Below, one piece after another: positions 28,971 to 38,244 of a stretch of DNA of 64,000 nt (position 1 is its first letter; each line of letters begins with the position of its first letter). The stretch lies in the NCBI GenBank assembly GCA_037189525.1, contig JBBCJC010000003.1, forward strand, positions 352,001 through 416,000. The letters run 5' to 3'. Made by a program: the position numbers and the translations under genes. The stretch comes from Gemmatimonadales bacterium (lineage in GTDB: Bacteria; Gemmatimonadota; Gemmatimonadetes; Gemmatimonadales; GWC2-71-9). Under the pieces are notes generated by a model that was not told the origin of the DNA, ran no database searches, and worked only from the letters and a program-made list of their open reading frames with translations.

Positions 28971-30017
28971 ATGGCCGCTCCTACTACGACATCGACGTCC
29001 CGGCCGATTCCGGCCGGTCTGACCCAGGCGCAACTCCACGAGCTGTACTATTGGATGCGCCTCACCCGGTCGCTTGAAGAGAAACTGGTCAATCTGTATC
29101 GGCAGACCAAAGTGGTGGGCGGACTGTTCCGCTCGCTTGGTCAGGAGGCGGACTCGGTCGGCAGCGCCTTTGCGCTCGATCGAAGCAAGGGCGACATCCT
29201 GTCGCCGCTGATCCGGAACCTGGGGTCGATGCTGGTGCAGGGAGCCACCCCGATCGAGGTGCTCCGCCAGTACATGGCCAAGGCCGAGAGCCCGACCCGG
29301 GGCCGCGAGCTCAACATCCACTTCAACGATTTGCAGCGCGGCTTCCTGGGGCAGATCTCGCACCTGGGTGACATGGTGCCCGTGATGTGCGGGGTGACGA
29401 TGTCATTCAAGATGCGCCGTCAGCCGCGGGTGGGCATGGTCTACATCGGCGATGGAGCGATGAGTACCGGCGCGTTCCACGAGGGGATCAACTTTGCGGC
29501 GGTCCAGAAGCTGCCGCTGGTGATCATCTGCGAGAACAACGGTTACGCTTACTCCACCCCGATGTACAAGCAGACGGCGGTCAAGTTCCTGGTGGAGAAG
29601 GCGGCGGGCTACGGGGTCGTGGGTGATCAGGCCGACGGGAACGATGTCCTGGCGGTCTATGAAACGACCAAACGGGCGGTCGACCGCGCTCGCGCGGGCG
29701 AAGGGGTGACGCTGATCGAGCTGATCACCTTCCGCCGCAAGGGCCACGCGGAGCACGACAACCAGTCGTATGTGACGCCCGAGGAAATCAAAGCGTGGGA
29801 AGCGCGCGATCCGATCGACCGTTTCGTCCGCCAGTTGGGCGAGAACGGCTGGGCGACGGCTGCGGAGCTTGCGGCTATCGACGAGCGGATCGTCGCTGAG
29901 ATCGACGCGGCCGTGGCGCTCTGCGAAGATGAACCGTTCCCGGCGGCGGAGTCGGCGTTAGGCGGCGTGATGGCGTCGCCCGACAGCGCCGAGCTCGAGT
30001 GGTATCGGAGGCTGTGA
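28971..30017 (+). CDS. 2-oxoacid dehydrogenase E1 alpha subunit (TPP-dependent; substrate uncertain, possibly branched-chain)
   Basis: GDGA...ENN TPP motif, DGND, RKGHAEHD. Confidence 0.92.
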   Translation: MAAPTTTSTSRPIPAGLTQAQLHELYYWMRLTRSLEEKLVNLYRQTKVVGGLFRSLGQEADSVGSAFALDRSKGDILSPLIRNLGSMLVQGATPIEVLRQYMAKAESPTRGRELNIHFNDLQRGFLGQISHLGDMVPVMCGVTMSFKMRRQPRVGMVYIGDGAMSTGAFHEGINFAAVQKLPLVIICENNGYAYSTPMYKQTAVKFLVEKAAGYGVVGDQADGNDVLAVYETTKRAVDRARAGEGVTLIELITFRRKGHAEHDNQSYVTPEEIKAWEARDPIDRFVRQLGENGWATAAELAAIDERIVAEIDAAVALCEDEPFPAAESALGGVMASPDSAELEWYRRL

Positions 30018-30020
30018 GCG

Positions 30021-31001
30021 ATGGCTGAGCGTACGTATCTCGAGGCGATCCACGACGGGCTGGAAGAAGAACTGGCCCGGGACGAGAACGTCTTCATGAT
30101 GGGCGAGGATATCGGAGCCTTTGGTGGCGCCTTCAAGGTGACCGACGGGTTCCAGAAGCGCTTCGGCGCGGAGCGTATCATCGATGCGCCGATTTCCGAA
30201 GTCGCCATCGTCGGGGCGGCGGCCGGGGCAGCCCATATGGGACTGCGGCCGGTCTGTGAGATGCAGTTCATCGACTTCCTGTCCTGCGCCTACTCCATCA
30301 TCACCAACTACGTTGCCACCGCGCGGTATCGGGCCGATCTCAAGACCCCGATGGTGATTCGCGGTCCGTCCGGCGGGTTCGTACGGGGCGGCCCGTTCCA
30401 TTCGCAGAATCCGGAAGCTGCGTATCTGCATACGCCGGGGATCAAGATCGTCTCGCCGGCCACGGCGCGGGATGCGAAGGGGCTGATCAAGTCGGCCATT
30501 CGGGATGATGATCCGGTGCTCTACTTCGAGCACAAGTATCTCTACCGCCGCATCAAGGACGAGCTGCCCGAGGGCGAAGAGATTCTCACCCCGATCGGGA
30601 AGGCGCGGGTGGCGCGCGAGGGCAAGGACCTCACCATCGTCACCTATTCGGCGATGGTCTGGAAGGCGCTCGAAGCGGCCGAGCAGATTGCCAAGGACGA
30701 TGGGGCCTCGGTCGAAGTGCTCGATCTGCGGACGCTGTTGCCCATCGACGATGCGGCCATCGTCGCGAGCGTCAAGAAGACCAATCGGGTCCTGATCGTG
30801 CATGAGGATACCCGAACCGGCGGGATGGCGGGGGAGATTGCGGCGCGGATCAACGAGCAGTGTTTCGAATGGCTCGATGCGCCGATTCGTCGGGTCTGCG
30901 CGCACGACGTGCCGCTGCCCTATGCACCGACACTGGAAGATTTCGTGCTGCCGCAGACGGAGGACATCGTCAAAGCGGCGCGGTGGATGCTGGCTTACTG
31001 A
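30021..31001 (+). CDS. 2-oxoacid dehydrogenase E1 beta subunit
   Basis: GEDIG, APISE, EMQFIDF, HSQ, FEHKYLY, DLRTL. Confidence 0.93.
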   Translation: MAERTYLEAIHDGLEEELARDENVFMMGEDIGAFGGAFKVTDGFQKRFGAERIIDAPISEVAIVGAAAGAAHMGLRPVCEMQFIDFLSCAYSIITNYVATARYRADLKTPMVIRGPSGGFVRGGPFHSQNPEAAYLHTPGIKIVSPATARDAKGLIKSAIRDDDPVLYFEHKYLYRRIKDELPEGEEILTPIGKARVAREGKDLTIVTYSAMVWKALEAAEQIAKDDGASVEVLDLRTLLPIDDAAIVASVKKTNRVLIVHEDTRTGGMAGEIAARINEQCFEWLDAPIRRVCAHDVPLPYAPTLEDFVLPQTEDIVKAARWMLAY

Positions 31002-31052
31002 GCAAACCGGGGCGCGCGGTGGACGCGGACCCCTACGAGGAGTAGAGATACG

Positions 31053-32429
31053 ATGGCGCGAATCGACGTAGTGATGCCGCAGATGGGCGAATCGATTGCC
31101 GAGGGCACCCTGTCCAAGTGGCTCAAGAAAGTCGGCGATACGGTCAAGCGTGACGAGCCGATCTTCGAGATTTCGACGGACAAAGTCGACGCCGAGATCC
31201 CGGCGCCGAGTGCCGGTGTCCTGGCGGAGATCCTGGTCACCGAAGGCCAGACGGTTCCGATTCAGACGGTGGTGGCGCGGCTCGAGACCGAGGCTGGCGC
31301 GGTTGCTGCGCCTGCAGCCCCGACTCCCGCAGCACCCGCTGCCGCTGCCGCGCCTCCGGTTCCGGCAGCTCCCGCAGCCCCGGCGAAGTCTGCCGCTCCT
31401 GCGGCGCCGGCAGTTCCCACGGCGGCGGTGGCTTCCGCCGATGAATCATTGGAAGACCGGTTGCGCCGTCGCTCGACGCCGGTGGTGCGAAAGATTGCGG
31501 CGGAGCACGGCCTCGACATCGCGGCCATTCCCGGATCCGGCCTGGCCGGCCGGGTTACCAAGCAGGATGTCCTCAGCTTCATCGAGTCGGGTGGCGACGG
31601 CGCCGCCGCGCCTGCTGCGCAACCGAGTGCGCCTGCCGCCGCGCCGGCCCCCGTGGCCGCGGCGGCTCCGGTGCAGCCGGTTGCCGGCGGGGTCGCGGTG
31701 ATTCCCGGACCGGTGGTCGAGCCGTGGGAAGGCGACCGGGTCGAGCAGTGGTCGCGGATCCGCAAGCTGACGGCCGATCACATGATCATGTCGCGCCGGG
31801 TCTCGCCGCATGTTTCGAGTTTGATCGAGATCGACTACACCCGGGTGGCGCAGGTCCGCGCCAAGCGCAAGGCCGAGTTTGCCGAGCGCGGGGTCAACCT
31901 GACCTTCCTGGCCTTCGTGATCAAAGCGGTGGCCGAGAATCTCCGGAAGCATCCGATCGTCAACTCGGCGGTGATGGGTGAGTCGACCATTTTCCGTCGC
32001 GAGGTCAATATCGGGATTGCCGTGGCACTCGACTGGGGCTTGATCGTGCCCGTCGTTCGTCATGCCGATGAGCTCAACCTGCTGGGCCTGGCGCGGGCGA
32101 TTCAGGATCTGGCCGATCGGGCCCGGAACAAGAAGCTCTCGCCGGATGAAGTGCAGAAGGGCACCTTCACCGTCACCAATCCCGGCGTGTTCGGCACGGT
32201 GGTCGGCTTGCCGATCATCAACCAGCCGCAGTCCGCGATCCTGGCCGTCGGCGCCATCGAGAAGCAGCCCGCGGTCATCACGCAGCCGGATGGAACCGAT
32301 ACGATCGCGATCCGGACCAAGGGCATCCTGGCCTTGTCGTTCGATCATCGGGTCGTGGACGGAGCGGACGCGGATCGCTTCCTGGCCGATGTGAAGAAGT
32401 CGTTGCACACCGTGTCCGACAACGCCTGA
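31053..32429 (+). CDS. 2-oxoacid dehydrogenase E2 dihydrolipoamide acyltransferase
   Basis: Lipoyl STDKVD, Ala/Pro linkers, E3-binding GSGLAGRVTKQD, SFDHRVVDG. Confidence 0.95.
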   Translation: MARIDVVMPQMGESIAEGTLSKWLKKVGDTVKRDEPIFEISTDKVDAEIPAPSAGVLAEILVTEGQTVPIQTVVARLETEAGAVAAPAAPTPAAPAAAAAPPVPAAPAAPAKSAAPAAPAVPTAAVASADESLEDRLRRRSTPVVRKIAAEHGLDIAAIPGSGLAGRVTKQDVLSFIESGGDGAAAPAAQPSAPAAAPAPVAAAAPVQPVAGGVAVIPGPVVEPWEGDRVEQWSRIRKLTADHMIMSRRVSPHVSSLIEIDYTRVAQVRAKRKAEFAERGVNLTFLAFVIKAVAENLRKHPIVNSAVMGESTIFRREVNIGIAVALDWGLIVPVVRHADELNLLGLARAIQDLADRARNKKLSPDEVQKGTFTVTNPGVFGTVVGLPIINQPQSAILAVGAIEKQPAVITQPDGTDTIAIRTKGILALSFDHRVVDGADADRFLADVKKSLHTVSDNA

Positions 32430-32441
32430 GCGGAGGGATTC

Positions 32442-32702
32442 GTGGCCCAGCGTACCATCGAGGTCAACGGCGTTGCGTGGAATGTCGCGCCCAGCGGGCG
32501 GCGAACACAGTACGCCAAGGACGAGTTCTCCGTCGTATTTACCCGAACGGACGGCAGCGAGGCCCGGGTGGCCCGCTATTCGCCGCTCGGCTCCAAGGCT
32601 CGCGAAGCGTCGCTGGCCGAGCTGACCGATGCGCGGCTGGCGACACTGCTGGCCCGATCACAACCGTCGTGGACTGCGGCGGAGATGGGATATCAGCGCT
32701 GA
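32442..32702 (+). CDS. Hypothetical protein
   Basis: GGAGG RBS, GTG start, operonic position. Confidence 0.7.
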   Translation: MAQRTIEVNGVAWNVAPSGRRTQYAKDEFSVVFTRTDGSEARVARYSPLGSKAREASLAELTDARLATLLARSQPSWTAAEMGYQR

Positions 32703-32703
32703 A

Positions 32704-33543
32704 TTGAGCCAGGTCGCCGACCTCCACGCGCATAGCACGGCCTCCGACGGGATCAATCGTCCCGCGGAGGTCGTTCGTCTTGCTGCCCGGGCGGGCCTCG
32801 CGGCCATTGCCCTGACCGATCACGATACCGTCGACGGCGTGGCCGAAGCTCGCGCCGAAGGCCAACTGCAGGGTATCAAAGTGCTGTCCGGTTGTGAGTT
32901 CTCCGTGCTCGGCGACTGGGGCGAGATGCATCTGCTCGCCTACGGGATGCCGGAAGGGCACGCCGAACTGGAAGCCGCCTTCCGGCGAATGCGTACCAAC
33001 CGTGAAGATCGCGGTCGCAAGATGGTAGCGGCGATCGTCAAATGCGGGGTGCCTATCGACTACGCCGAGGTCGAGGGGATTGCGGCGGGAGCGCCGCTGG
33101 GGCGTCCGCACGTTGCGCGCGCGCTGGTCCAGCGCGGGGTGGTCCGGACCATCGACGAGGCCTTCGTCCGTTTCCTGGGCCGCGGTAAGCCCGGCTATGT
33201 CGGGAAGGTACTGCCCTCACTCGAGGAGATCACCGATCTGGTCCGTCGCGTCGGAGGCGTGTCCTCGCTGGCCCACCCGCGCGACCGGGCGAATCGAGCC
33301 ACGCTGCAGAGCTTTCAGGCGCGCGGCCTCGACGGCGTCGAAGTCCGGCACCCGAGCCACAGTCCGAGCATGCGCGCCGAGTTGGAACGGGTCGCGCGGG
33401 ATCTGGGATTGCTGATGACGGGCGGGAGCGATTCGCACGGCGAAACCTCACCGAGTGCCACGCACAACCTGGTCGGCGGGGAGCGGGTTCCGATCGAATG
33501 GGTCGACGCGATCGAACACCTCGCAGCGAGCCGGCGGCACTGA
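32704..33543 (+). CDS. PHP domain phosphoesterase (YciV/TrpH-like)
   Basis: DLHAHSTASDG, ALTDHDT, GRPHVAR, AHP, TGGSDSHG; TTG start inferred. Confidence 0.92.
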   Translation: MSQVADLHAHSTASDGINRPAEVVRLAARAGLAAIALTDHDTVDGVAEARAEGQLQGIKVLSGCEFSVLGDWGEMHLLAYGMPEGHAELEAAFRRMRTNREDRGRKMVAAIVKCGVPIDYAEVEGIAAGAPLGRPHVARALVQRGVVRTIDEAFVRFLGRGKPGYVGKVLPSLEEITDLVRRVGGVSSLAHPRDRANRATLQSFQARGLDGVEVRHPSHSPSMRAELERVARDLGLLMTGGSDSHGETSPSATHNLVGGERVPIEWVDAIEHLAASRRH

Positions 33544-34322
33544 CCGTCCCGGCCTGTCGCGACATCGTCGTGATCGGCGGCGGGTGTTACGGCTCGTTTT
33601 ACGCTGCGCAGCTGTCGGAGGCGGCGGCCCGCGGCAAAATCAGCTACTCCTCGGTCATCGTGGTGGATCGGGATCGGGCCTGTCAGGCGAACCGGGAGGG
33701 GCGGATTACCGGCGCCGTCACGTTCGCCGAAGCGGAGTGGGGAGCGTTTCTCGATGAGTTCCTCGATCGCCCCGCGCCTGCGCCGGGCCGGCCCGACGAT
33801 GCGATCGTCCCGTCGCCGCTGATGCCGCATCTCATGGCCGAATGGCTGGTCCGGGTCGGACGTCGCGCCGCGCCTGAGCGGTCCTTCGAGCCGGTCGTCG
33901 TCGATCAGCCGGTGGGAACCCCGTACGACCGGCTGGGCCCCGGCGGCAATCGCTACGTCTCGTTTGCCGATTGGCTCTGTCCGACGCATTGCATCGAGCC
34001 GCACATCTGTCCCGTCATCCGGGCGCCGCGCACCTGGGAAATGGGGGACACCATCGCCGCGTATACCGATCGGATCAACCGGGGCCGGCCGACCCTCGGT
34101 CCGGCGCTGTTCGTCACCCGCCACCGGGCCTACGGAGTCGGGATGTTCGACGTGAGCGAGGTACGGGAGGCGCGAGGATGGATGGATCGCGCGCTGGCCG
34201 CTTCCGGAGCCGTCGACCTCGTGGTCGGCACCATTTCGGCCTGCCACGGCGCGGTCGGGCTGGTGCGGTGCGGGGAAGGGACGGCTACAGCGTCAGCGCG
34301 AGGACCGTCAGAACCGCGATGA
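33540..34322 (+). CDS. Hypothetical protein with Rossmann-like N-terminus and Cys-rich motif
   Basis: IVVIGGGCYG; CPTHCIEPHICP; SACHG; start uncertain. Confidence 0.7.
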   Translation: MTVPACRDIVVIGGGCYGSFYAAQLSEAAARGKISYSSVIVVDRDRACQANREGRITGAVTFAEAEWGAFLDEFLDRPAPAPGRPDDAIVPSPLMPHLMAEWLVRVGRRAAPERSFEPVVVDQPVGTPYDRLGPGGNRYVSFADWLCPTHCIEPHICPVIRAPRTWEMGDTIAAYTDRINRGRPTLGPALFVTRHRAYGVGMFDVSEVREARGWMDRALAASGAVDLVVGTISACHGAVGLVRCGEGTATASARGPSEPR

Positions 34323-34821
34323 GCTGCCCGGCAAGCACGTCGCCCGGGTAGTGCACACCAAGCGCTACCCGGCTCCAGCCGACCAGCATACCGAGGGCAA
34401 TCAGCGGCGCCGTCGCGGCGGGAACGATCGTGGCGTAAGCGACCGCGATCGAGAAGCTCGACGCCGAATGTCCGGACGGGAAGGAGAATCGGTCCGGGTC
34501 GGCGACGAGGGAATGATCGGGCCGATAGGTCGATGGCCGGTTACGTACCACCAGCCGCTTGATGATCTGAACGATCCCGTGGGAGATGCCTAACGCAAGA
34601 CCGGCGCGCCAGGCTACCCGCGGTGAGAACGAGCCCGTCAGCAGCGGCAGGATCGCAGCAGCGATGGTGAAGGCGGCGGAGCCAAGGCCGGTGAGGCCCT
34701 TCCAGCAGGTGCGAGCCAGGCGGGAGTGGTCCTGGCCCAGCGACCACCGCAGGAAGAGACGCCGATCGTGGGCATCCAGCCGGCCCAGCAAGCGTGTCGT
34801 CATCTCGAAAATCGCCTCCAT
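34285..34821 (-). CDS. PAP2 family membrane phosphatase
   Basis: KRLVVRNRP, SFPSGH, SRVALGVHYPGDV. Confidence 0.93.
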   Translation of the reverse strand: MEAIFEMTTRLLGRLDAHDRRLFLRWSLGQDHSRLARTCWKGLTGLGSAAFTIAAAILPLLTGSFSPRVAWRAGLALGISHGIVQIIKRLVVRNRPSTYRPDHSLVADPDRFSFPSGHSASSFSIAVAYATIVPAATAPLIALGMLVGWSRVALGVHYPGDVLAGQLIAVLTVLALTL

Positions 34822-34872
34822 ACGACGTGCCTCAACGATGGCGATGCGACATCAACACGCCGCGACCGGGAT

Positions 34873-34923
34873 GTCACGATCGCGTCACGGGGCCGGGTGA
34901 CCGGATCGTGACCGCGCGCTGAC
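34873..34923. promoter_or_regulatory. Back-to-back Pho-box/OmpR-type direct repeats
   Basis: GTCAC at 34873 and 34884; GTGAC at 34897 and 34908 and CTGAC at 34919 (reverse orientation); 11-bp period within each array. Confidence 0.6.
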
Positions 34924-34956
34924 GCAGCCATCAGGGACGTTCGCCAGACTTCCCGG

Positions 34957-36153
34957 ATGCGCGCACTGTACTTCACCGACACCTATCCGCCCCAGGTCAA
35001 CGGCGTCTCCGTCGTCACCCACCTTTCGGTCCGCGGTCTTATGGCGCGCGGCTGGGAGGTCGGCGTGGTGGCGCCCGAGTATCCCGAGACCGAGGACATC
35101 TTCGGCGCCGCAGCCGATCAGGTTGTGATGACGCTTCCGAGTGTTCCGTGCCCGGGCTATCCCGACCTCCGGCTTGCGGCGCCGTTGCCCGATCGGATTC
35201 GTCGCCTGGTGCGCGAATTTCGTCCGGATCTGGTGCATTGCTGCACCGAGTTCGTGATCGGCTGGATGGGACGCCGTGCCGCCCGAGCCGAAGGGGTGCC
35301 GATCGTCACCTCGTATCACACGGACTTCGGACGGTATCTGGCCGCCTACGGCGCGCCGATCCTGTCGGGGGCGGTCGACGGGTACCTGACCCGCTTCCAT
35401 CGTGTTGCGCACCAGACGCTGACGCCGTCCGGTGCGGTCCAGCGCGAACTGGTCGAACGAGGGATTCGTCAGGCGCGGGTGTGGGGTTGCGGTGTCGACA
35501 CCGAGACCTTCCATCCCGATCGGGCGACGGCCGAATGCCGGCAGGGGCTGGGCGGTGCGGGACGGTTCGTCTTCCTGCACGTCGGGCGCCTGGCGCCGGA
35601 AAAGAGCGTCGATCGGTTACTCGCGGGGTTTGCCAGGTGCCGCCAGGTGCTCGGCGACGATGTCCGCCTGGTCATCGCGGGTGAAGGACCCTCGCGGTCC
35701 GAACTCGAGCGCGCGGCTCCACCGGGGGTGCAGTTCGTCGGCTTTCTCGACCGGGCGACCAGGCTGCCCGAACTCTATGCCAGCGCCGATGCGTTCATCT
35801 ACGCCTCCGAGACCGAGACGCTCGGCCTGGTGATGCTCGAGGCCATGGCCAGCGGCCTGCCGGTCGTGGCGGTTCCTGCGGGCGGCGTCGCGGATCATCT
35901 GCGCCACGGGGTCAACGGACTGGCCTGGAGCGGCGGCGGGGCGGTGGACCACCTCGCCCGCCATATGATCGATCTGGCGACCACCCCGACTCTCCGAGCC
36001 TCCCTGGCCGCGGGCGCGCTGGCGACGGCAGCCGCGCTCAGCTGGGAGACCGAGCTCGATCGCCTCGACGCGATTTATCGGGGCCTGTTGCCGGCTCGCG
36101 CCCTGCCACCCTCGGCGCTGGTGTCTCCGGCCCCTGCTTCGGTCCGCGCCTGA
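34957..36153 (+). CDS. GT4 family glycosyltransferase (glycolipid synthase-like)
   Basis: FTDTYPPQVNGVS, TSYHTDF, VGRLAPEK, ETLGLVMLEAMASG. Confidence 0.92.
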   Translation: MRALYFTDTYPPQVNGVSVVTHLSVRGLMARGWEVGVVAPEYPETEDIFGAAADQVVMTLPSVPCPGYPDLRLAAPLPDRIRRLVREFRPDLVHCCTEFVIGWMGRRAARAEGVPIVTSYHTDFGRYLAAYGAPILSGAVDGYLTRFHRVAHQTLTPSGAVQRELVERGIRQARVWGCGVDTETFHPDRATAECRQGLGGAGRFVFLHVGRLAPEKSVDRLLAGFARCRQVLGDDVRLVIAGEGPSRSELERAAPPGVQFVGFLDRATRLPELYASADAFIYASETETLGLVMLEAMASGLPVVAVPAGGVADHLRHGVNGLAWSGGGAVDHLARHMIDLATTPTLRASLAAGALATAAALSWETELDRLDAIYRGLLPARALPPSALVSPAPASVRA

Positions 36154-36299
36154 TCCCTCGTTCGGCAATTTTCCCTTCGCTTACCTCTTGATTCCGGAGC
36201 TCGTGCCGGTCGGGCGGGCCCCGTCGAGGCCGGGGTCGACCGGCTTATATTGCAGGCTGGCAATAGTGTGACGGTCCTACGGAATCAGGTCTTCAAATC

Positions 36300-37238
36300 A
36301 TGAACAATTTCGACGTCATCATCGTCGGCGCCGGCCCCGCCGGCATGTGCGCCGGTATGTACGCTGGGCGAGGGATGCTGAACGCGGTTGTCCTCGAACG
36401 GGGATTGCCGGGGGGCGAACTCCTCAACACGGAAAAGATCGAGGATTATCCGGGGTTCGAATCGATCCTTGGCCCCGAGCTCGCGGCCAAGATGGCGAGC
36501 CACGCCGAGAAATTCGGGGCGGATATCCGGCAGGAGAACGTCGAGGGGGTCTATCGTCTGGCTGACGGTACCTTCAAAGTCACCACCGATTCGGGCACGG
36601 ACTATCTGGCGCCTACCGTGATCATGACGGCAGGAGGAACGCCCACCAAACTCGGCGTGCCCGGCGAGTTGGAGTATGCCGGTCGTGGGGTATCGTATTG
36701 CGCGGTCTGTGATGGGGCCTTTTTCAAAGGCGAGACGATTGCCGTGATCGGCGGGGGCGATGCCGCGGTCGAGGAAGCCGATTACCTGACCCGCTACGCA
36801 GCCAAGGTTTACGTCATCCATCGGCGCGATGAGTTGCGGGCCTCCAAGATCCTCCAGGAGCGGGCGTTCAAGAACCCGAAGATCGAGTTCATCTGGAACA
36901 AGCGCGTACTCGAGATGGTGGGCGAACCGTCGGGCCTCAAGTCGCTGCAGCTCGAGGACACGGTCGACGGAACGACGACATCGCTGGCCGTGACAGGCGC
37001 CTTCGTCTTCATCGGCTTCACCCCGAACAGCGGGCTGATCAAAGAGCATGTCGCGCACGATCCGACCGGCTATCTGTTGACGGACGACCGGATGATGACG
37101 TCGATTCCCGGATTGTTCGCAGCTGGCGACCTGCGGGTTCAGTTGGTGCGTCAGGTGACGACGGCGGTGGGTGACGCGACGACGGCGGCGATTGCGGTCG
37201 AGAAGTATCTGACGGAGCGGAAGTCGCAGCCCGCATGA
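36300..37238 (+). CDS. trxB: Thioredoxin-disulfide reductase
   Basis: GAGPAG, GVSYCAVCDG, GGGDAAVEE, FAAGD. Confidence 0.96.
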   Translation: MNNFDVIIVGAGPAGMCAGMYAGRGMLNAVVLERGLPGGELLNTEKIEDYPGFESILGPELAAKMASHAEKFGADIRQENVEGVYRLADGTFKVTTDSGTDYLAPTVIMTAGGTPTKLGVPGELEYAGRGVSYCAVCDGAFFKGETIAVIGGGDAAVEEADYLTRYAAKVYVIHRRDELRASKILQERAFKNPKIEFIWNKRVLEMVGEPSGLKSLQLEDTVDGTTTSLAVTGAFVFIGFTPNSGLIKEHVAHDPTGYLLTDDRMMTSIPGLFAAGDLRVQLVRQVTTAVGDATTAAIAVEKYLTERKSQPA

Positions 37239-37879
37239 GCGCGGGGCTCAGGGTCATCCCGATCCTCAACGGCCAGTTCATGCAGAACTGTTATCTGCTG
37301 GCCGAGGAAGGGTCGGCGGATGCGGTCATCGTCGACCCGGGCGAGGCGCCGGCGCTCTTTCTGGAGACGGCCGAGCGTCATGGGCTAACCATTCGTGAGA
37401 TCTGGCTGACCCACGGGCACATCGATCATGTCTCCGGCGTCGGCGCCGTCAAGGCCGCGACCGGCGCGCCGATTTGGATGCATCCGGCCGACCTTCCGCT
37501 CTATCGCAATCTGGCGCAGCAAGCGGGGTGGTTCGGCCTCGAGTTGGACGATCCGCCTCCCATCGACCATGAACTGAGCCACGGCCAGACGTTGACGTTA
37601 GGCAACACCTCGTTCGACGTGCGGCATACGCCGGGGCATTCTCCCGGGAGCGTCTGCTTCGTGACCGCCGGGACCGTGATCGGCGGCGACGTCCTGTTCC
37701 AGGGGTCGGTCGGGCGGGTCGATCTGCCCGGCGGCGACTGGGAACAATTGCTGAGCAGCATTCGCGACGAGTTGTTCCCGCTGGCCGACGAGACCGTGGT
37801 ACATCCCGGGCATGGCCCGCGAACGACGATTGGCGCGGAGAAGCGCAACAACCCGTTCCTGCGCGGGCTGGGCGACTGA
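37235..37879 (+). CDS. MBL-fold metallo-hydrolase (glyoxalase II/YcbL-like)
   Basis: THGHIDH, TPGHSPG, GDVLF, PGHG. Confidence 0.92.
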   Translation: MSAGLRVIPILNGQFMQNCYLLAEEGSADAVIVDPGEAPALFLETAERHGLTIREIWLTHGHIDHVSGVGAVKAATGAPIWMHPADLPLYRNLAQQAGWFGLELDDPPPIDHELSHGQTLTLGNTSFDVRHTPGHSPGSVCFVTAGTVIGGDVLFQGSVGRVDLPGGDWEQLLSSIRDELFPLADETVVHPGHGPRTTIGAEKRNNPFLRGLGD

Positions 37880-37880
37880 T

Positions 37881-38210
37881 TCAGCGCGCGGGTGGCGGCG
37901 CGAGCGCGACCAGCATGACGGTCCGCTCCAGCGCTTCATCCACTCCATGGGGCACCTCGGCCGGCGCCCAGACCAGTTGGCCGGTCGTGGCTTCGAACTG
38001 GCGGTCGCCGACGGTCATTCTCGCCTTTCCGGAGAGGATCAGATACAATTTGTCCGCACCCCGATGCGTGTGGACGCTCTGGTGTTGTCCCGGCTCGAAG
38101 CAGTTGAGTCCGGCAAAGAGCGTCTCGCCTCGGACGAGATCGGCCTTGGTATATCGGTCGGTTGCAAACACGGCCGAGTCCTCCGGTCGCAACAGATAGG
38201 GGTTCGTCAT
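37881..38210 (-). CDS. Cupin domain protein
   Basis: PGQHQSVHTH...YLILSG...PAEVPHGV. Confidence 0.85.
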   Translation of the reverse strand: MTNPYLLRPEDSAVFATDRYTKADLVRGETLFAGLNCFEPGQHQSVHTHRGADKLYLILSGKARMTVGDRQFEATTGQLVWAPAEVPHGVDEALERTVMLVALAPPPAR

Positions 38211-38244
38211 CGCGATCCCGTCACCTTTCACATCGGTTTCCGTC

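Noticed and set aside
25863..29363. 574-aa and 518-aa minus-strand ORFs
   Set aside because: Antisense to ino1 and the Gfo oxidoreductase, which carry clear family motifs
31290..31690. Low-complexity GCN/CCN repeats
   Set aside because: Ordinary Ala/Pro linkers of the E2 subunit
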